Shown here: positions 10,275 to 22,172 of the stretch, piece by piece | Layout: each line of letters starts with the position of its first letter | Position numbering within the stretch: the stretch's first letter is position 1 | Assembly: GCA_020184695.1 (NCBI GenBank) | Contig: JAANOX010000238.1 | Coordinates: 434,001 to 498,000 of the forward strand | DNA: 64,000 nt | Origin: Histomonas meleagridis 2922-C6/04-290x | Taxonomy: Eukaryota > Protista > Parabasalia | Direction: 5' to 3' | Translations under genes and position numbers: made by a program | Notes under the pieces: generated by a model | The model's database searches: none | What the model saw: only the letters and a program-made list of their open reading frames with translations | What the model was told of the DNA's origin: nothing

Positions 10275-11599
10275 TTAAATCGGAGATTCCAAGTAAATAA
10301 CAAGTGCTTCCAATGTTGCTTTGGCATATTCGAATGCCGGACATAAATGGAATTTCTTCAAGAATGAATTAATTAATCTCGATGCAGCAAATACATCACA
10401 AAAGTCTGAAGACAAGAAAGCTCCATAGAACAACACGAACAAATCATCGAATGCCAATGCTTTACCTTTGTTTTCTTCGTTCAATTGTTTTCTTACAAAA
10501 CATTCAATACTTGTCAAAGCCTTATGAACTCTAAAAACAACATCGAAAGGATTAGATGAAAAGTTTGCAAACAAAAACTCATTACGAGCTTCATCGAAAT
10601 CGGAGATCTGCATAAAGAAATCTCGAATCGAAAGATTTTTGTTTTCATTCAACCCAAAGCAAATAGGAAGATTTAAACTACTGAAAGGAAGATTCGCGCG
10701 TGCGTAGAAGCAACTAAGTCGTTCTGGTGAACTGGTGAAATTCACATCACTTCTGTTAACGTACGCAATGTCGAAAATGACAACGAAAAAAATGAGTTGC
10801 GAAATTGCAAGCTGTGTATTTGTCATCCAGCTCCATTTTGGATGGACACGTAGAACAGTATCATAGATACAATCGGGTAACTCAATTAAGTTACAATTGA
10901 TGACATGAATGATCTCTTTGTGATGATTTTGGGTGATCCAAAGTGAAACTTCGTCTTTAAATGAGATGCGTTGTGAATAAATGAGGTTGGGCTCCATTTC
11001 CTTCTCGTATTTCTTGATTATTTCGGAGAAAAATAATTCAAAATTTGTCACCCAAAGAGGTTCTTGGAAATGACTAACTTGTGATTTGAGGTAAACTTGG
11101 AAAGTACGAAGTCTGGTGGTTTCTATTGTATTGGTGTTTTCTGAAAAATTCATATGAAAAAATGATGATGAAACAAGACACGTTTTATCTTCTCCAATAA
11201 GGCTACTTTGGAGAAGACCTATGATTGATTTCACTTGTGATTCTTTTTCCATTATTTGAAATAGTTTTTTAGATATCATTTCTTGTTGCGAATCGATTAA
11301 AAATTGGTCAACATATGAAAGAACGCGAACTTTGAAGTTTTCTGATTTGTGTGAATAAATGATATGTGGAACGGAAATTAATTTTGTATTTAAAATTTCA
11401 ACTTGTTTTTGTAATTTTTGCCCAAATGCATCAATAGAATCAAAAAATAATGTTAAGTCTCTGATTGAACTTTGATGTAATTGCGTTCTTTTTTGATCTT
11501 CTGAAGATGAACTGATTATTGTTAAATATTGTGTTAATTGTGGGTGATTTTGGAGCCACTGGTCTAGGCTTTCATAAACCTTTGGCCCAAGTATGTCAT
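10275..11599 (-). CDS. Divergent VPS9-like domain protein; 5' end needs a 1-nt correction
   Basis: The C-terminus PFDVVFRVHKALTSI...LAFDDLFVLFYGAFL is VPS9-like. The frame stays open about 375 nt upstream of the track's ATG (11279). An ATG at 11599 joins this frame if one base is added. Confidence 0.6.
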
Positions 11600-11696
11600 A
11601 ACTTAAAACACGCTTTAGATTATGTTTATTTCTCGTTAGTAATTTGTAGAGCTTTTAAATGGTTTACAACACCGAAAGACGTTTAAAAATTTTTCG

Positions 11697-12713
11697 ATGG
11701 TTTTTGTGATTCCAAAGCTCACAAAGAAACCTGCAGGAGAAAATAACAGAGATGCTATCGAAATAACTCGACGAGATAATGAAAAAATTAAAGAAAGAAT
11801 AAAATCGATGCAAGAAAAATATGATGATCTATTAAATTCAAAAAAAAGAAAATCTGAAGAATTAGATGTTTCTTTGGAAGCAACCAAATCGATGTTTATA
11901 CAAAAGAAAACTAAATTAAATGAAATAATTTCACAGCAATTAAATGTTATCAATTCTCTTGAAGAAACAAGTCAAAAAATAACATCAAGCGAATCAAGCA
12001 ACGATCTAAATATACAAAATTTAATAATTGAATGTCAACAAGAAATTCAACGACTTCAAAAATCGAAAACTAATATCAACCTGGCAATCACTGAAGTCAA
12101 TAATCAAATTAATGAACTCGAAAAATTAATAGATTTGATTCCATTTGAGAATGATGAAATTCTTGATTTAGCTAAAAAACAAATTCAGCATCATATCAAT
12201 TCAGAAGTTTTACAACTTCAAATAAAAATGACAAACGCTCAAAATCACAAAAAAGAATTTGAAGATGAAATACAACTTGCTGTAACCATAAACGATGGGT
12301 ATAAACAAGAGAATATTTATTTTCAATCGAGAATCGAAAAATTTGAAACAGAAATCAAAGAACTTAACAATGAAATTAATGTTCTTCAGACTGAATATGA
12401 AAAGCTTTTACCAATGATCTCTTTTAATGACTTAGAAAGTTCACTTAAAAGAGCCGAAAAAGAAACAAAAGACGAAATCGCAAAGTTGAACACAGAAATT
12501 GGAACACAAATTAATGAAATACAGAATAAGAACAACGATCTCTCGAAGGAACTCGAAGAAAGATGTAACGCAATCGAAATATTAAACGGGAAAATTAATG
12601 AATTAGTTTCCGATTTGAACGAAATAACTGAAAAGAAAGAAAAAGAAATCAAAAAACTTAAAGAAAAACATCAAAAAGAAATAGAAATGCTCAAAAATCG
12701 CATTAAAATGTAA
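11697..12713 (+). CDS. Coiled-coil protein, 338 aa
   Basis: Long ORF with an E/K/Q/L heptad pattern. Confidence 0.8.
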   Translation: MVFVIPKLTKKPAGENNRDAIEITRRDNEKIKERIKSMQEKYDDLLNSKKRKSEELDVSLEATKSMFIQKKTKLNEIISQQLNVINSLEETSQKITSSESSNDLNIQNLIIECQQEIQRLQKSKTNINLAITEVNNQINELEKLIDLIPFENDEILDLAKKQIQHHINSEVLQLQIKMTNAQNHKKEFEDEIQLAVTINDGYKQENIYFQSRIEKFETEIKELNNEINVLQTEYEKLLPMISFNDLESSLKRAEKETKDEIAKLNTEIGTQINEIQNKNNDLSKELEERCNAIEILNGKINELVSDLNEITEKKEKEIKKLKEKHQKEIEMLKNRIKM

Positions 12714-12970
12714 TTATTAATAAAATGTATTTTTATTTGATTTTTGTTATGTATATCTTCTGCACATTAAACACTCGTTATGAATTTTATCAATAAAATT
12801 TTTAATACATATCCAATTAAATTAGAGCACAATATTCTAATGTTAGTTTACGAAACATAAATCTAATTAACAACTATTTTGCATTCGCCTATTAAATTTA
12901 TTAAAATATTTCTCTGATTAACAAAGAAGTTATTTGATAGTTTATTGTTATAGAAATTTATTTTTGCATT

Positions 12971-14380
12971 TTACATGTCATTTTCTGCCAAATGATCAAT
13001 CAGCAGCTGCGCCTTTTCAGCTATGTCTGCTTCTTGTTGGTCTAAAAGAATTTGAAATGCAGAATAGAAATCGTCCGTTTTCGAGAACTCGATCAATGCA
13101 TTCAGCACGGGATTCGTCGCGTTGTTAATTTCGTCCTCCAAAGCAATCGAAAACGTATGCAATAGCATTCTTAAGACTTCACTTTCATCCGAATAAATCA
13201 TTTCCGAAATTATTGCGATGATATCAAAAGACATCACTAAATTTATTGCAGGGCTTTCAGATATGAAATCTATGTAAGAGAAAACGTATCTCAATGCTTC
13301 CACTTTATGTGAAAATGAATATGTGTTATAATCATTTCGTAATCTTTGAGTGAAATCAGATGTAGAAATAGATTCTCTAATTTCTGGTGAAAAGCGAACT
13401 AACGAAACAGCAATAGAAATGGCTGATGATAAAAATAACAAAGATTCATTTGACTTTTTCTTGTTGATGTAAACATCTGAAATAACTCCAACTACAACAA
13501 ACAAGAAATAGAGAACGTTTAATTTGGATAGTTCCCCAATAAACGGTTCCTGAACTGTGTTCCCTATTAAAATTAAGATGCTGTTCTTTGATGACGACGA
13601 TGGAAATATTGTGAAATTTTTCATTAGAAAGCCGATCGTTTCATTCTCAAAAAGGATGGATAAATGGAATGGATTGGTTAAGTGTGAAAAAAGATTTAAA
13701 ATGCATTCATGAACTGAACCATCAATTCTCAGGTTTTGAACCCTATGTGCAAGATAAGAAAGAAATTTTTTTGCATCTTCATTATCTATTATATCTGAAC
13801 GGAAAAAAATATCTAAACATGAAATAAGAGTTGATAATTGTGGATACATAGTAGAGAAATGATCTATTTTTTCGAAAAGAAAATCAAAATCTTGATTTAA
13901 TTGAGTTTTTAATAATTCTGGATTAATAATTGCATATTTCTCAATAGCTTCAACTGCAGACTTAAGTGGTATTTTACTATATATTAATGGAAGAAAAAAA
14001 TCTAATCTTTGTATTGAATATGGAAAATTTTCAAGAGAATAAATAACAAAACGTAATACATTTTCACACATATCTCGATTCACTGTAAGTAATTCGTGGA
14101 TTGCTTGATATTCTTCATTTGTTAAATTTTTGATCAAACATTCAAAAACATTTTTTGGAAGAAGAAATATGTTTTTAAACGAGTCGCTTTCATTAAAGTC
14201 TGGTTTTTTTAGAAAATTTTGGAATTGTTGAATTATATCATTAAAAGAATCATCATCAAATTTATCAAATGAAAAATATAAAGCCGAATCCTTATCTTGT
14301 GGCTTCTGTGCGATTAAATACATTCTCTCTAATTGTCCTTTTTTCTGTGTTTCATTGGATTTAAATCCAGCTAATCTCAT
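12971..14380 (-). CDS. Hypothetical alpha-solenoid (ARM/HEAT-like) protein, about 469 aa
   Basis: Long ORF whose first ATG is MRLAGFKS at 14380. Amphipathic helical pattern throughout. Confidence 0.7.
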   Translation of the reverse strand: MRLAGFKSNETQKKGQLERMYLIAQKPQDKDSALYFSFDKFDDDSFNDIIQQFQNFLKKPDFNESDSFKNIFLLPKNVFECLIKNLTNEEYQAIHELLTVNRDMCENVLRFVIYSLENFPYSIQRLDFFLPLIYSKIPLKSAVEAIEKYAIINPELLKTQLNQDFDFLFEKIDHFSTMYPQLSTLISCLDIFFRSDIIDNEDAKKFLSYLAHRVQNLRIDGSVHECILNLFSHLTNPFHLSILFENETIGFLMKNFTIFPSSSSKNSILILIGNTVQEPFIGELSKLNVLYFLFVVVGVISDVYINKKKSNESLLFLSSAISIAVSLVRFSPEIRESISTSDFTQRLRNDYNTYSFSHKVEALRYVFSYIDFISESPAINLVMSFDIIAIISEMIYSDESEVLRMLLHTFSIALEDEINNATNPVLNALIEFSKTDDFYSAFQILLDQQEADIAEKAQLLIDHLAENDM

Positions 14381-14706
14381 GTTACAACCGTTTTGGGTGA
14401 TCAAAATACATTCATTTTTTGTGCCACAATTCTTGCAAGAATAAGATAATGCAAAATCTCAACTAAACAAGACAACAATATTTTTTTAACATCCGTGATC
14501 AGTAAGTTATACTTCATGAAATTTGACCAACACCATATTCTTTGAATTTTTCATATTATTCTTCCATCAAAACTAATCTCAAAATGACAACTTTAACAAT
14601 TTTTTACTACATCTTCATTTGTTTTATTCATATCCGAAAAAGATACGAAACATTTCAACATATTTCATAAATCAAAATTTTATCAATTATTTTTACTTAA
14701 ATGATT

Positions 14707-16044
14707 TTATGCATTTTCTATTGGATAATCATTATCATATAATTTGATCGGCGGACAACTTCCATAAGCTTCTCCCTTGAATACTCTTATACCTGCAAAA
14801 GTATTTCCTTCATAAGTTTTCCTCGTTATTACTGTTAGGAAACAGCATTTTGAAAACGCATCACTTGCTAAACCCTTTAATTCTTTATCTCCGAAGAAGT
14901 AAATGCATCTAAGGGCGATACATTGTGCAAAAGCATGAGATCTTATAAGAATAATATCCTTTCCCAAAAATATTGATGTTAATTTGGTACATCTTAAGAA
15001 AGCATATTCATCAATAAATCGTAATGAATTTGGAAACATTACTTCTAATAATTTTTGGCATTCTTGAAATGAACGAGAACCAATAACCTTCATAAATCTA
15101 TTAATTTCCAGAAACTTAAATGTATTGCATGCATAAAATGCATATTCTTGAACTGATTCGATGAATTCTGGAAAGACATATGTATAATTTTTGAGTTTTT
15201 TCGACGTCGGAAAACATATAATCGTTGAGATGGCTCTATCATAAAGGACTCCATCATTTTGATGATTTGCATAAGCAGTATTTAATGGATTTACATAAAT
15301 GTTTTCTAAAGAAGCGCAAAATTGAAATGGATTGGAGTTAATGAATGTAAGAGCTTCACCAATTATAACTATTCTTAAGCTTAAACAATATTCAAATGCG
15401 CGTAATTCAATTACTTCGACAAAGTTAAGATCAATTTCTTCTAAGCTTATGCAATTAGAAAATGTCTCGACATTAATTATATGAACATTATCTCCAATTA
15501 CAACTGATTCTAAACTTAAACAATGTTTAAAGGCGTCGAATTCAAGTTCATTCACTGAGTTTGGAATAATAATATTTTTTACTGTTTCACATTTGGCAAA
15601 CCCTCCTGAACCAATGTATACTAATCTATCACCAAAAGTAATTGTTGTTGCCTTTTTGCAACTATAAAATCCTTTCATCCCAATTTCAACTAATGAGTCA
15701 GGTAAAATGATATTTTCAAGATCGACACAATTTGAAAACGCTTGAGAACCAATACGAATAATACCATTACCAAATGTTATTTCTTTTAATCTAAGACATA
15801 ATTTAAATGCACTGTTACCAATAAATACTAATGAATCCGAAATAACAACTTTCGTTAATCGACTCCATCGAAGAAATGCCCCATTTCCAATTGTATGAAC
15901 ACCTTCTCCTATGATTACTGTATGAACAGTATGATTTGGTTGAGTGCGATATATGGTTGGCATATCAATATAGTTTAATATTATTAAGTCGGCATGTTTG
16001 AATAATATTAAAAAAATGTTAAAAAAAAGAAACAATATTTGCAT
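14707..16044 (-). CDS. BspA-like leucine-rich-repeat (TpLRR) protein
   Basis: About 14 repeats of IGxxAFxxCxxLxxIxIP. Hydrophobic N-terminus (alternative start M at 15963) and no C-terminal TM segment. Confidence 0.9.
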   Translation of the reverse strand: MQILFLFFNIFLILFKHADLIILNYIDMPTIYRTQPNHTVHTVIIGEGVHTIGNGAFLRWSRLTKVVISDSLVFIGNSAFKLCLRLKEITFGNGIIRIGSQAFSNCVDLENIILPDSLVEIGMKGFYSCKKATTITFGDRLVYIGSGGFAKCETVKNIIIPNSVNELEFDAFKHCLSLESVVIGDNVHIINVETFSNCISLEEIDLNFVEVIELRAFEYCLSLRIVIIGEALTFINSNPFQFCASLENIYVNPLNTAYANHQNDGVLYDRAISTIICFPTSKKLKNYTYVFPEFIESVQEYAFYACNTFKFLEINRFMKVIGSRSFQECQKLLEVMFPNSLRFIDEYAFLRCTKLTSIFLGKDIILIRSHAFAQCIALRCIYFFGDKELKGLASDAFSKCCFLTVITRKTYEGNTFAGIRVFKGEAYGSCPPIKLYDNDYPIENA

Positions 16045-16836
16045 GTATATTAAGAAATAACAAAAATCATTCCTCTAAAATAAGATTTCATAATTCAATC
16101 AATTATTTTATTTGGATAAAATATTAACTAATTTTTTTTACAATTTTTTGGCATCATGCAAATATTTCAAAATACTCAAATTAATTTATGCGAAAAATTG
16201 AATTAAAAATTAATAACTTTACATTTTATTGCAATTCTTGGAAATAGTCAAAATTTTCAGTGTATGAGAAATTTTATCATTTACTATCACAATAAATTAT
16301 TTAATATCCATTAGAAAGCGTTTGCTGACATTCCATGCGCTAACTATAACAAAAAATAGAATTAAAATTTTGCAAAATTACCTGAATTTCTTTGCTTAGT
16401 AAAAACCTCATTTTAATTTATTAAGTATTTTTTTATCATTAAAATGTCATTTTTAATTGTCAGAAACTGTAACAACATAAATAAATGGATTTAGTTAAAT
16501 AACAATATTATAATTTAAAAAGATCATTCCATACAAGCATTTGTTTTTAACACCAAGAAGTAACTTAGGAATTTCTGTATTATAACCATATTCAGATGCA
16601 AACATATAAGTGTTGTTTTAAGGAAATTTAATTTCCAAATATTGTTTGGTATCGAATAAGCTAACGAGAAAAAATTGACCTATTAAGGAATTTGCATTCT
16701 CCTCTCTTTTCATAGCAGCAATGGAAGCTACACTCAAATAAAACTCGAATATTTTTTATTAGAAGAAAAAAATCAAATTAACGTGCGACAAACGGTTTTT
16801 TGATGGAGTTTTGATGTGATAACACATTTTGTTTTT

Positions 16837-17829
16837 ATGATCGAAAGCGAAATGATTCGGGCAAACGAAGAAAGAGAACAACTTCAAAAAGAACTGATCC
16901 AAACAATTCAAGATTTTGCAAATGTTTCTAATCAATCAATGTATTATGAAAACATCATGACTTCAAATACAACTGAAATATGGAATTACCTAAATGAAAT
17001 ACCTCATTTACTTTCTGATTCTTTAGCGCAAATCAAGGGAATTAGATCAAGATTCTTTATTCAATCTTGTGTTAATGAGAAAAATTCAACATTGGCTTTA
17101 GATAAACACACTGAACTTAAAATAGAACTTGAAAGCGCAAAAAATTTATCAAAGTCAATTCTTAATCATGCCGAAATCATTCGGAAAAGGCGTGTTGTAC
17201 CACTTCTTGATGTAATATGGAACTTAACGAACAAGTCTGCAAACACGGAAAGTTTATTAAGTTATAATCCATTACTCGATTCAATCTATTTAATCCTTAA
17301 AGAAGTTGAATCAAAAGAAATCGCATTAAAATCGTTGGGCATTTTAGTCAACATTTCGGCAAATGAAATTGGAAAGAAAAACATACGATTTTGGTTTGTA
17401 TCAGAAAATGCCGATCTCTTCAAAGTCATTTTTGATACCAATGATTTGTTCTGTGATCCACAAATTCGACAACTGTCAATGTTTTTCTTTCGGAACTTTG
17501 TTGATGATGATGAGATATGTTTAATTTTCATACGAAATGGCTGTTTCCAATATTTTTATAATTACATCGCTGACATCATGAACGACGTTACGTTGCTTCC
17601 GATGTTAAATTCCATTTTGAAAATAGTTTTGCAAAAAAGTTTTTGTAAAACAATTGAAAAATTTGCAAAAAACGAAGTGTATCAACTTGAGAAATTATAT
17701 CTGAAAACAAACGCCGACTTTGTGAAACTTGGGTTTAAGTCGGTAATTGAAATGTTCGAAGAGAATTCCCACGAACAAACAAAGCAAATCAAAAGGTTTG
17801 GAATCAGTCGAATTTATTCAAAATTGTAA
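16837..17829 (+). CDS. Hypothetical protein, N-terminal coiled coil and ARM-like C-terminus
   Basis: Long ORF with the first ATG at 16837. SLGILVNISAN is an ARM-like motif. Confidence 0.7.
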   Translation: MIESEMIRANEEREQLQKELIQTIQDFANVSNQSMYYENIMTSNTTEIWNYLNEIPHLLSDSLAQIKGIRSRFFIQSCVNEKNSTLALDKHTELKIELESAKNLSKSILNHAEIIRKRRVVPLLDVIWNLTNKSANTESLLSYNPLLDSIYLILKEVESKEIALKSLGILVNISANEIGKKNIRFWFVSENADLFKVIFDTNDLFCDPQIRQLSMFFFRNFVDDDEICLIFIRNGCFQYFYNYIADIMNDVTLLPMLNSILKIVLQKSFCKTIEKFAKNEVYQLEKLYLKTNADFVKLGFKSVIEMFEENSHEQTKQIKRFGISRIYSKL

Positions 17830-19290
17830 TTTGGGGCACCCCAAATCATAAGTAAACCGTTTATCTTTTGTTTCTTTCTTTTATGCATTTGGTATATGCC
17901 AACAACAAAAATTTATCAATTTTTATGTCGTTTGTTGCCAATGTCTTCAGTCACTAAAAAATTAATTTAAACACTAAAAGAAATCCAAAATTGTTTATGT
18001 TAACGTTCTCTTAAGTGAAGTGAGTGAAAAATTGGAATATTGCGAAAATTACAAATTGAAATTGAAACAAATTATCAAATATGGCTAATGTTACGGTACG
18101 AGCGTAAATTAAGGCGTAGGTCTACAGGTTCTTCTGTACAGTCATGCGAAAGTGTCTGGCCGATATGGAAATTGAGTGATAATTGAATAACAAACGATTG
18201 TTTTCTGTTCAATTTTTGAATTGACGCTTCACTTTGTAACTTTTTTTAAGCAAATTAAAATTAGATAAATTTTTTGTACTTCTGTTAAGATTTTGTTTAT
18301 TACTCAAGTTAACATTGCATGAAATAAATTGGGGTTAGGTTCCCTTTTGGTAGTTGTCCCCTTTAAAGGGAACTGCTTGTTTGTCTTTGGCTTTTGATAT
18401 TAACTTTGCAGCCATTGCGACATGTTGTAATTTTAAAGAACATCTCAACATGTTTTCTTTTATTTTCGTCGTATCTTTTACGTATTAATATGGTGTGCAT
18501 TATAACTAATATTACTAAAACAACAAATAAAACAGAAATACATCAGTTTTTTTTTTACAAGGTATAAACAACAAAAGGAACAGACATCGTCATTTTAGAG
18601 AAAAGAATATCTTCAAATCATTTTTAGTTTACAATGAAGAGATAAATCATATGAAAAATTCGTGACATTAAATTTAAAAGCGAAGCTCATTTCAGTGCGA
18701 TCTAAGAATGTATATAAAATTTATATACGCACATTTCATTAATAAAAAATATAATCACTCAGTTATTGAAGAAAACTGAATTTGATGCTTACGTACATAA
18801 CATAACATGTTATTTATAAAAAGTGGTAACGCCGATCAAAAAACGTTAATTTATTAATGAAAAAAAAGACAAAATAGTTTCATTTTTTCATGCCAAATAA
18901 AGCTCCTCCTTTATCAAAATAAGGATTCTACATATTTGCTCGTAATAATTTCTAAATTGTTTAATAATGTAAATAAAATTTATATTAATAATTTGAAAAC
19001 TCAAAATAATATTTAGATATTATACAAATCATTTGAAAAACATTATTATGTGTGCGTCTGCAAGATGTTTCAGAGAAATTGTTAATTAACTTCTTGGATA
19101 TAGATAATAATTTCAGAAATTTAGCCTCAAGTAAAATTTGAAATAATGCTGACCAAATAGATTTGTGAAAAGAATTGCAATAAAGAAATTTGTTAAAATA
19201 TAATTATCATTAATATTTCATCGAAATAAAAGAAACTCGATAATTTGAAAGAATCGAGTTTTCGCTATATAGTGACTATTGTTAAATTGG

Positions 19291-19424
19291 TTTTCTTAAA
19301 CGCACTATGAAATTAAAGCTTCTCGATCAAAATCTTTTTTAAAACATTTTGTAACCTCAAAACAATGATTTTCTGGGTATGGGTATTGAAATTCGTTATA
19401 AAAAACGCATTTATTTCAGAGATT
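19291..19424 (+). repeat. About 130-bp dispersed repeat (also at 21572-21705 and 38616-38750; partial at about 35936-35975)
   Basis: The string TTTTCTTAAACGCACTATG(G/A)AATTAAAGCTTCT...GGGTATGGGTATTGAAATTCGTTATAAAAAACGCATT occurs three times. Confidence 0.9.
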
Positions 19425-19972
19425 ATGAAGAACTATCAAAGAATGATTGGGAACTTCATAAGAAATATAATGGTTTAAATAATTTCGGCTTAAATAATAA
19501 CTTTCCAATTAATCTTTGATTAATTTCTTCATCAATATTACTTGTGATATAAATTCGATCGAATATTAACGTCGATAAAAATGAATGAAATCGAAATATA
19601 TCAAATTATTTGTTTCGTTAACTTTTTCATCATGACAATGTGGTCGAAATGTCTAATAAAGAATTTGAAAGTGGTAAACACTGTTGCTGACATGGAACAA
19701 ATTCAAGTACCTACTTTGAATGCATCATAAAATTAGTGTGAAGCTCCATATATATAAAAATTTAAATAAAAAGATGGAGCATTATTTTTTGTGTATCAAG
19801 TTATCTTCATCTGCTTAATTTAGTGAAATTAATTCTTTTTGAAGAAATCTGTAATATCTTTTAAAGAATTCAAACAACAAGTGTTATCTCTTTAGCTTTG
19901 GATAAACAACAGAATTTCGATACGAGTTTTTGTTTACTTTATTCTAATTTAAAAAGTTGTTTCCTCCCCAAA

Positions 19973-20601
19973 ATGGGGGGGCAAACCAAAGCACAATTTA
20001 CTCTGTTCGATCTCGTAATGATGATGGACACGTTATAAGAGATAGGTGGGGGCGATTCAAGGGTTATATCACAGGATTAGCACCAATTGGTGAAACAAAT
20101 AACGATCCTAATACAATAAAGAAGGTCACTATCATAGGTTACGGCACAACAGGAAAAACAACCCTTTGTAAGTTTTTGAAAGGCGTTGATCATCATGGTG
20201 ATTATAATCCAACGAAAATAGCTGAAGCCTTTTTTTTAAATGACAAGAAAATATGCCTTTGGGATACGTCAGGAGATGAGCAATATTCAGCTCTTATCCC
20301 AATCTATACCCTTGGTTCGGATAAGCTTATTATGGTTTTTAGTCCTGATCAACCAAATTCTTTGAAAACTATTGATCCAGAAAGAGACTATCGGATTTAT
20401 AGTTGGCAATGCGAAATCATTATAGTGTATAATGAAAAAAGAGATAAATCTTATGAAAAATACTTTACATTAGATGATTTAAAAGCGAAATGCGAAACAT
20501 ATATGGGAGGAAAGTATCATTATAAAATATTTGAAGTTTCGTTGCTCGAAAATATAAACACTGAGTCACTAATTGAAGAAATTCTATATTTAGAATTCTA
20601 A
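19973..20601 (+). CDS. Divergent Ras-superfamily small GTPase, copy 1 (frameshifted in a G-run just after the probable ATG)
   Basis: P-loop GYGTTGKT, G3 WDTSG, G4-like YNEKRD and G5-like EVSLL. ATG followed by a 7-G run is out of frame here, whereas copy 2 has 5 G and gives MGAIQS. Confidence 0.75.
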
Positions 20602-20974
20602 ATATCAATTGATATTTATTTTATAATTTCCGGAAAGATCTTTTGTGGGTGTGTCGCGACAAGATCTATACATTATTGTACTCATGTTGAAATTAAATGA
20701 ATATGCTATAGTAAATAAATGCGATCTGATTTAAATGATAACCAAAAGTCTGATAAAACTTTTTGTAAAATAATTCACTCGAAACTGATCGTTTTTGATT
20801 ATGGGAAATGATATCATCATGATCCGTTTATTTTTTTGTAACCAAACGGTTGCCAAGCGAAATATTAATTTGAACTCAAAAAAATACCTTCACTATGAAA
20901 GGCCGAAATCCCGAATACCAGTGAAATTAAAATCACGAAGAATTTAGATGGCAATAAAAAACTCAAATATTTTT

Positions 20975-21320
20975 GTATCAAAAGAGGAATCGATATGAAT
21001 GAAAACTATATTTGTTTTAACATTATTGGGTTTAATATAAAAATATAAAATATATTCGATACATTTGAATCAGCACTTATATGGGCATCTTATGGTTGTG
21101 TTACAGATATAATTCAATTACTTCTTGAACAAGAAGGGATTGATATTAATGCTCAAGATATTTATTTGTTTTATTTTGTATTTTTTATAATAATTTGATA
21201 TTTCAAAATAATATTTGGAAATTATTTAAATTATTTTACACAGCACTTATTTTAGCATCTTGGAATGGTTATACAGAAATAGTTAAATTACTTCTTGAAC
21301 AAAAAGATATTTTATAAAAA
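20975..21320 (+). pseudogene. Ankyrin-repeat segment with 17-nt-quantised inserts (duplicated at about 38018-38360)
   Basis: SALIWASYGCVTDIIQLLLEQEGIDINAQDI | FGN | TALILASWNGYTEIVKLLLEQKD. Inserts lie at 21053-21069 (17 nt), 21163-21213 (51 nt) and 21223-21239 (17 nt). Confidence 0.8.
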
Positions 21321-22172
21321 ATAAAGAAATAAGAAAAAATTGGGGTATTATGCCATAAGTATAAATATGTTTGCATATGTTTTAATTTGAATAATGATTG
21401 AAAAGTTTCCTATCAAGTACAAATATTTTGTTAATCATATAGTTTTGTGTTAACAATTGCAATAATTGAATTATACATATCACAATTTTCATGAAAATAT
21501 AAAAATAATAATTGGAACTTTCGAATTTTGGATAATTGATTTTTTGATTTAAAGGGATCATAATTTGTTTGTTTTTCTTAAACGCACTATGGAATTAAAG
21601 CTTCTTGATCAAAATCTTTTTTAAAACATTTTGTAACCTCAAAACAATGATTTTCTGGGTATGGGTATTGAAATTCGTTATAAAAAACGCATTCATTTCA
21701 TAGATTATCTATGAAAAATTTCATTTTAATACAATTTAATGAAAATTTGGAATATCATTTTATGCGGATTATTTTCAAAAATAATTCATTATATCATTGA
21801 TATAATATATTAATCGAATTATTATATAATATTATTGAATAAAATATTTCATAATATGAACATAAACAAGAAAAAAAAAATTTAAAAAATTCAAATATGT
21901 ATTCAAATTGACCTGTTCACTTCACTTTCATTAGAAACGAACATTTTCCGGATATTTACTCTCAATACTGTTCCGTTTTAACTGAAATATTTCTATGATT
22001 ATTGGCGGTTCGCGTACTCAAATCCAGTTTTGAATGAATTCAACCACATCGACTCAAAATTTTCCATCAAAGTTGTTTGAGTTGGTTCAAAATTTGTTTT
22101 GCGAAACGTTTTGTTTAACAAATGAAAAAAACTATAAGAAATTAAAACAAATATGAATACATTTTATGCATG

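Noticed and set aside
11600-11640. ACTAAC on the minus strand as an intron branch point supplying the missing VPS9-like start
   Set aside because: There is no AG at the required short distance and no upstream GTATG/GTAAG donor.
17900-19280. Possible genes or transposon in the long AT-rich gaps (also 39930-40680, 52810-53280, 55770-56690, 59460-60140)
   Set aside because: No ORFs of convincing length, transposase motifs, terminal inverted repeats or tRNA/rRNA structure could be recognised by eye.
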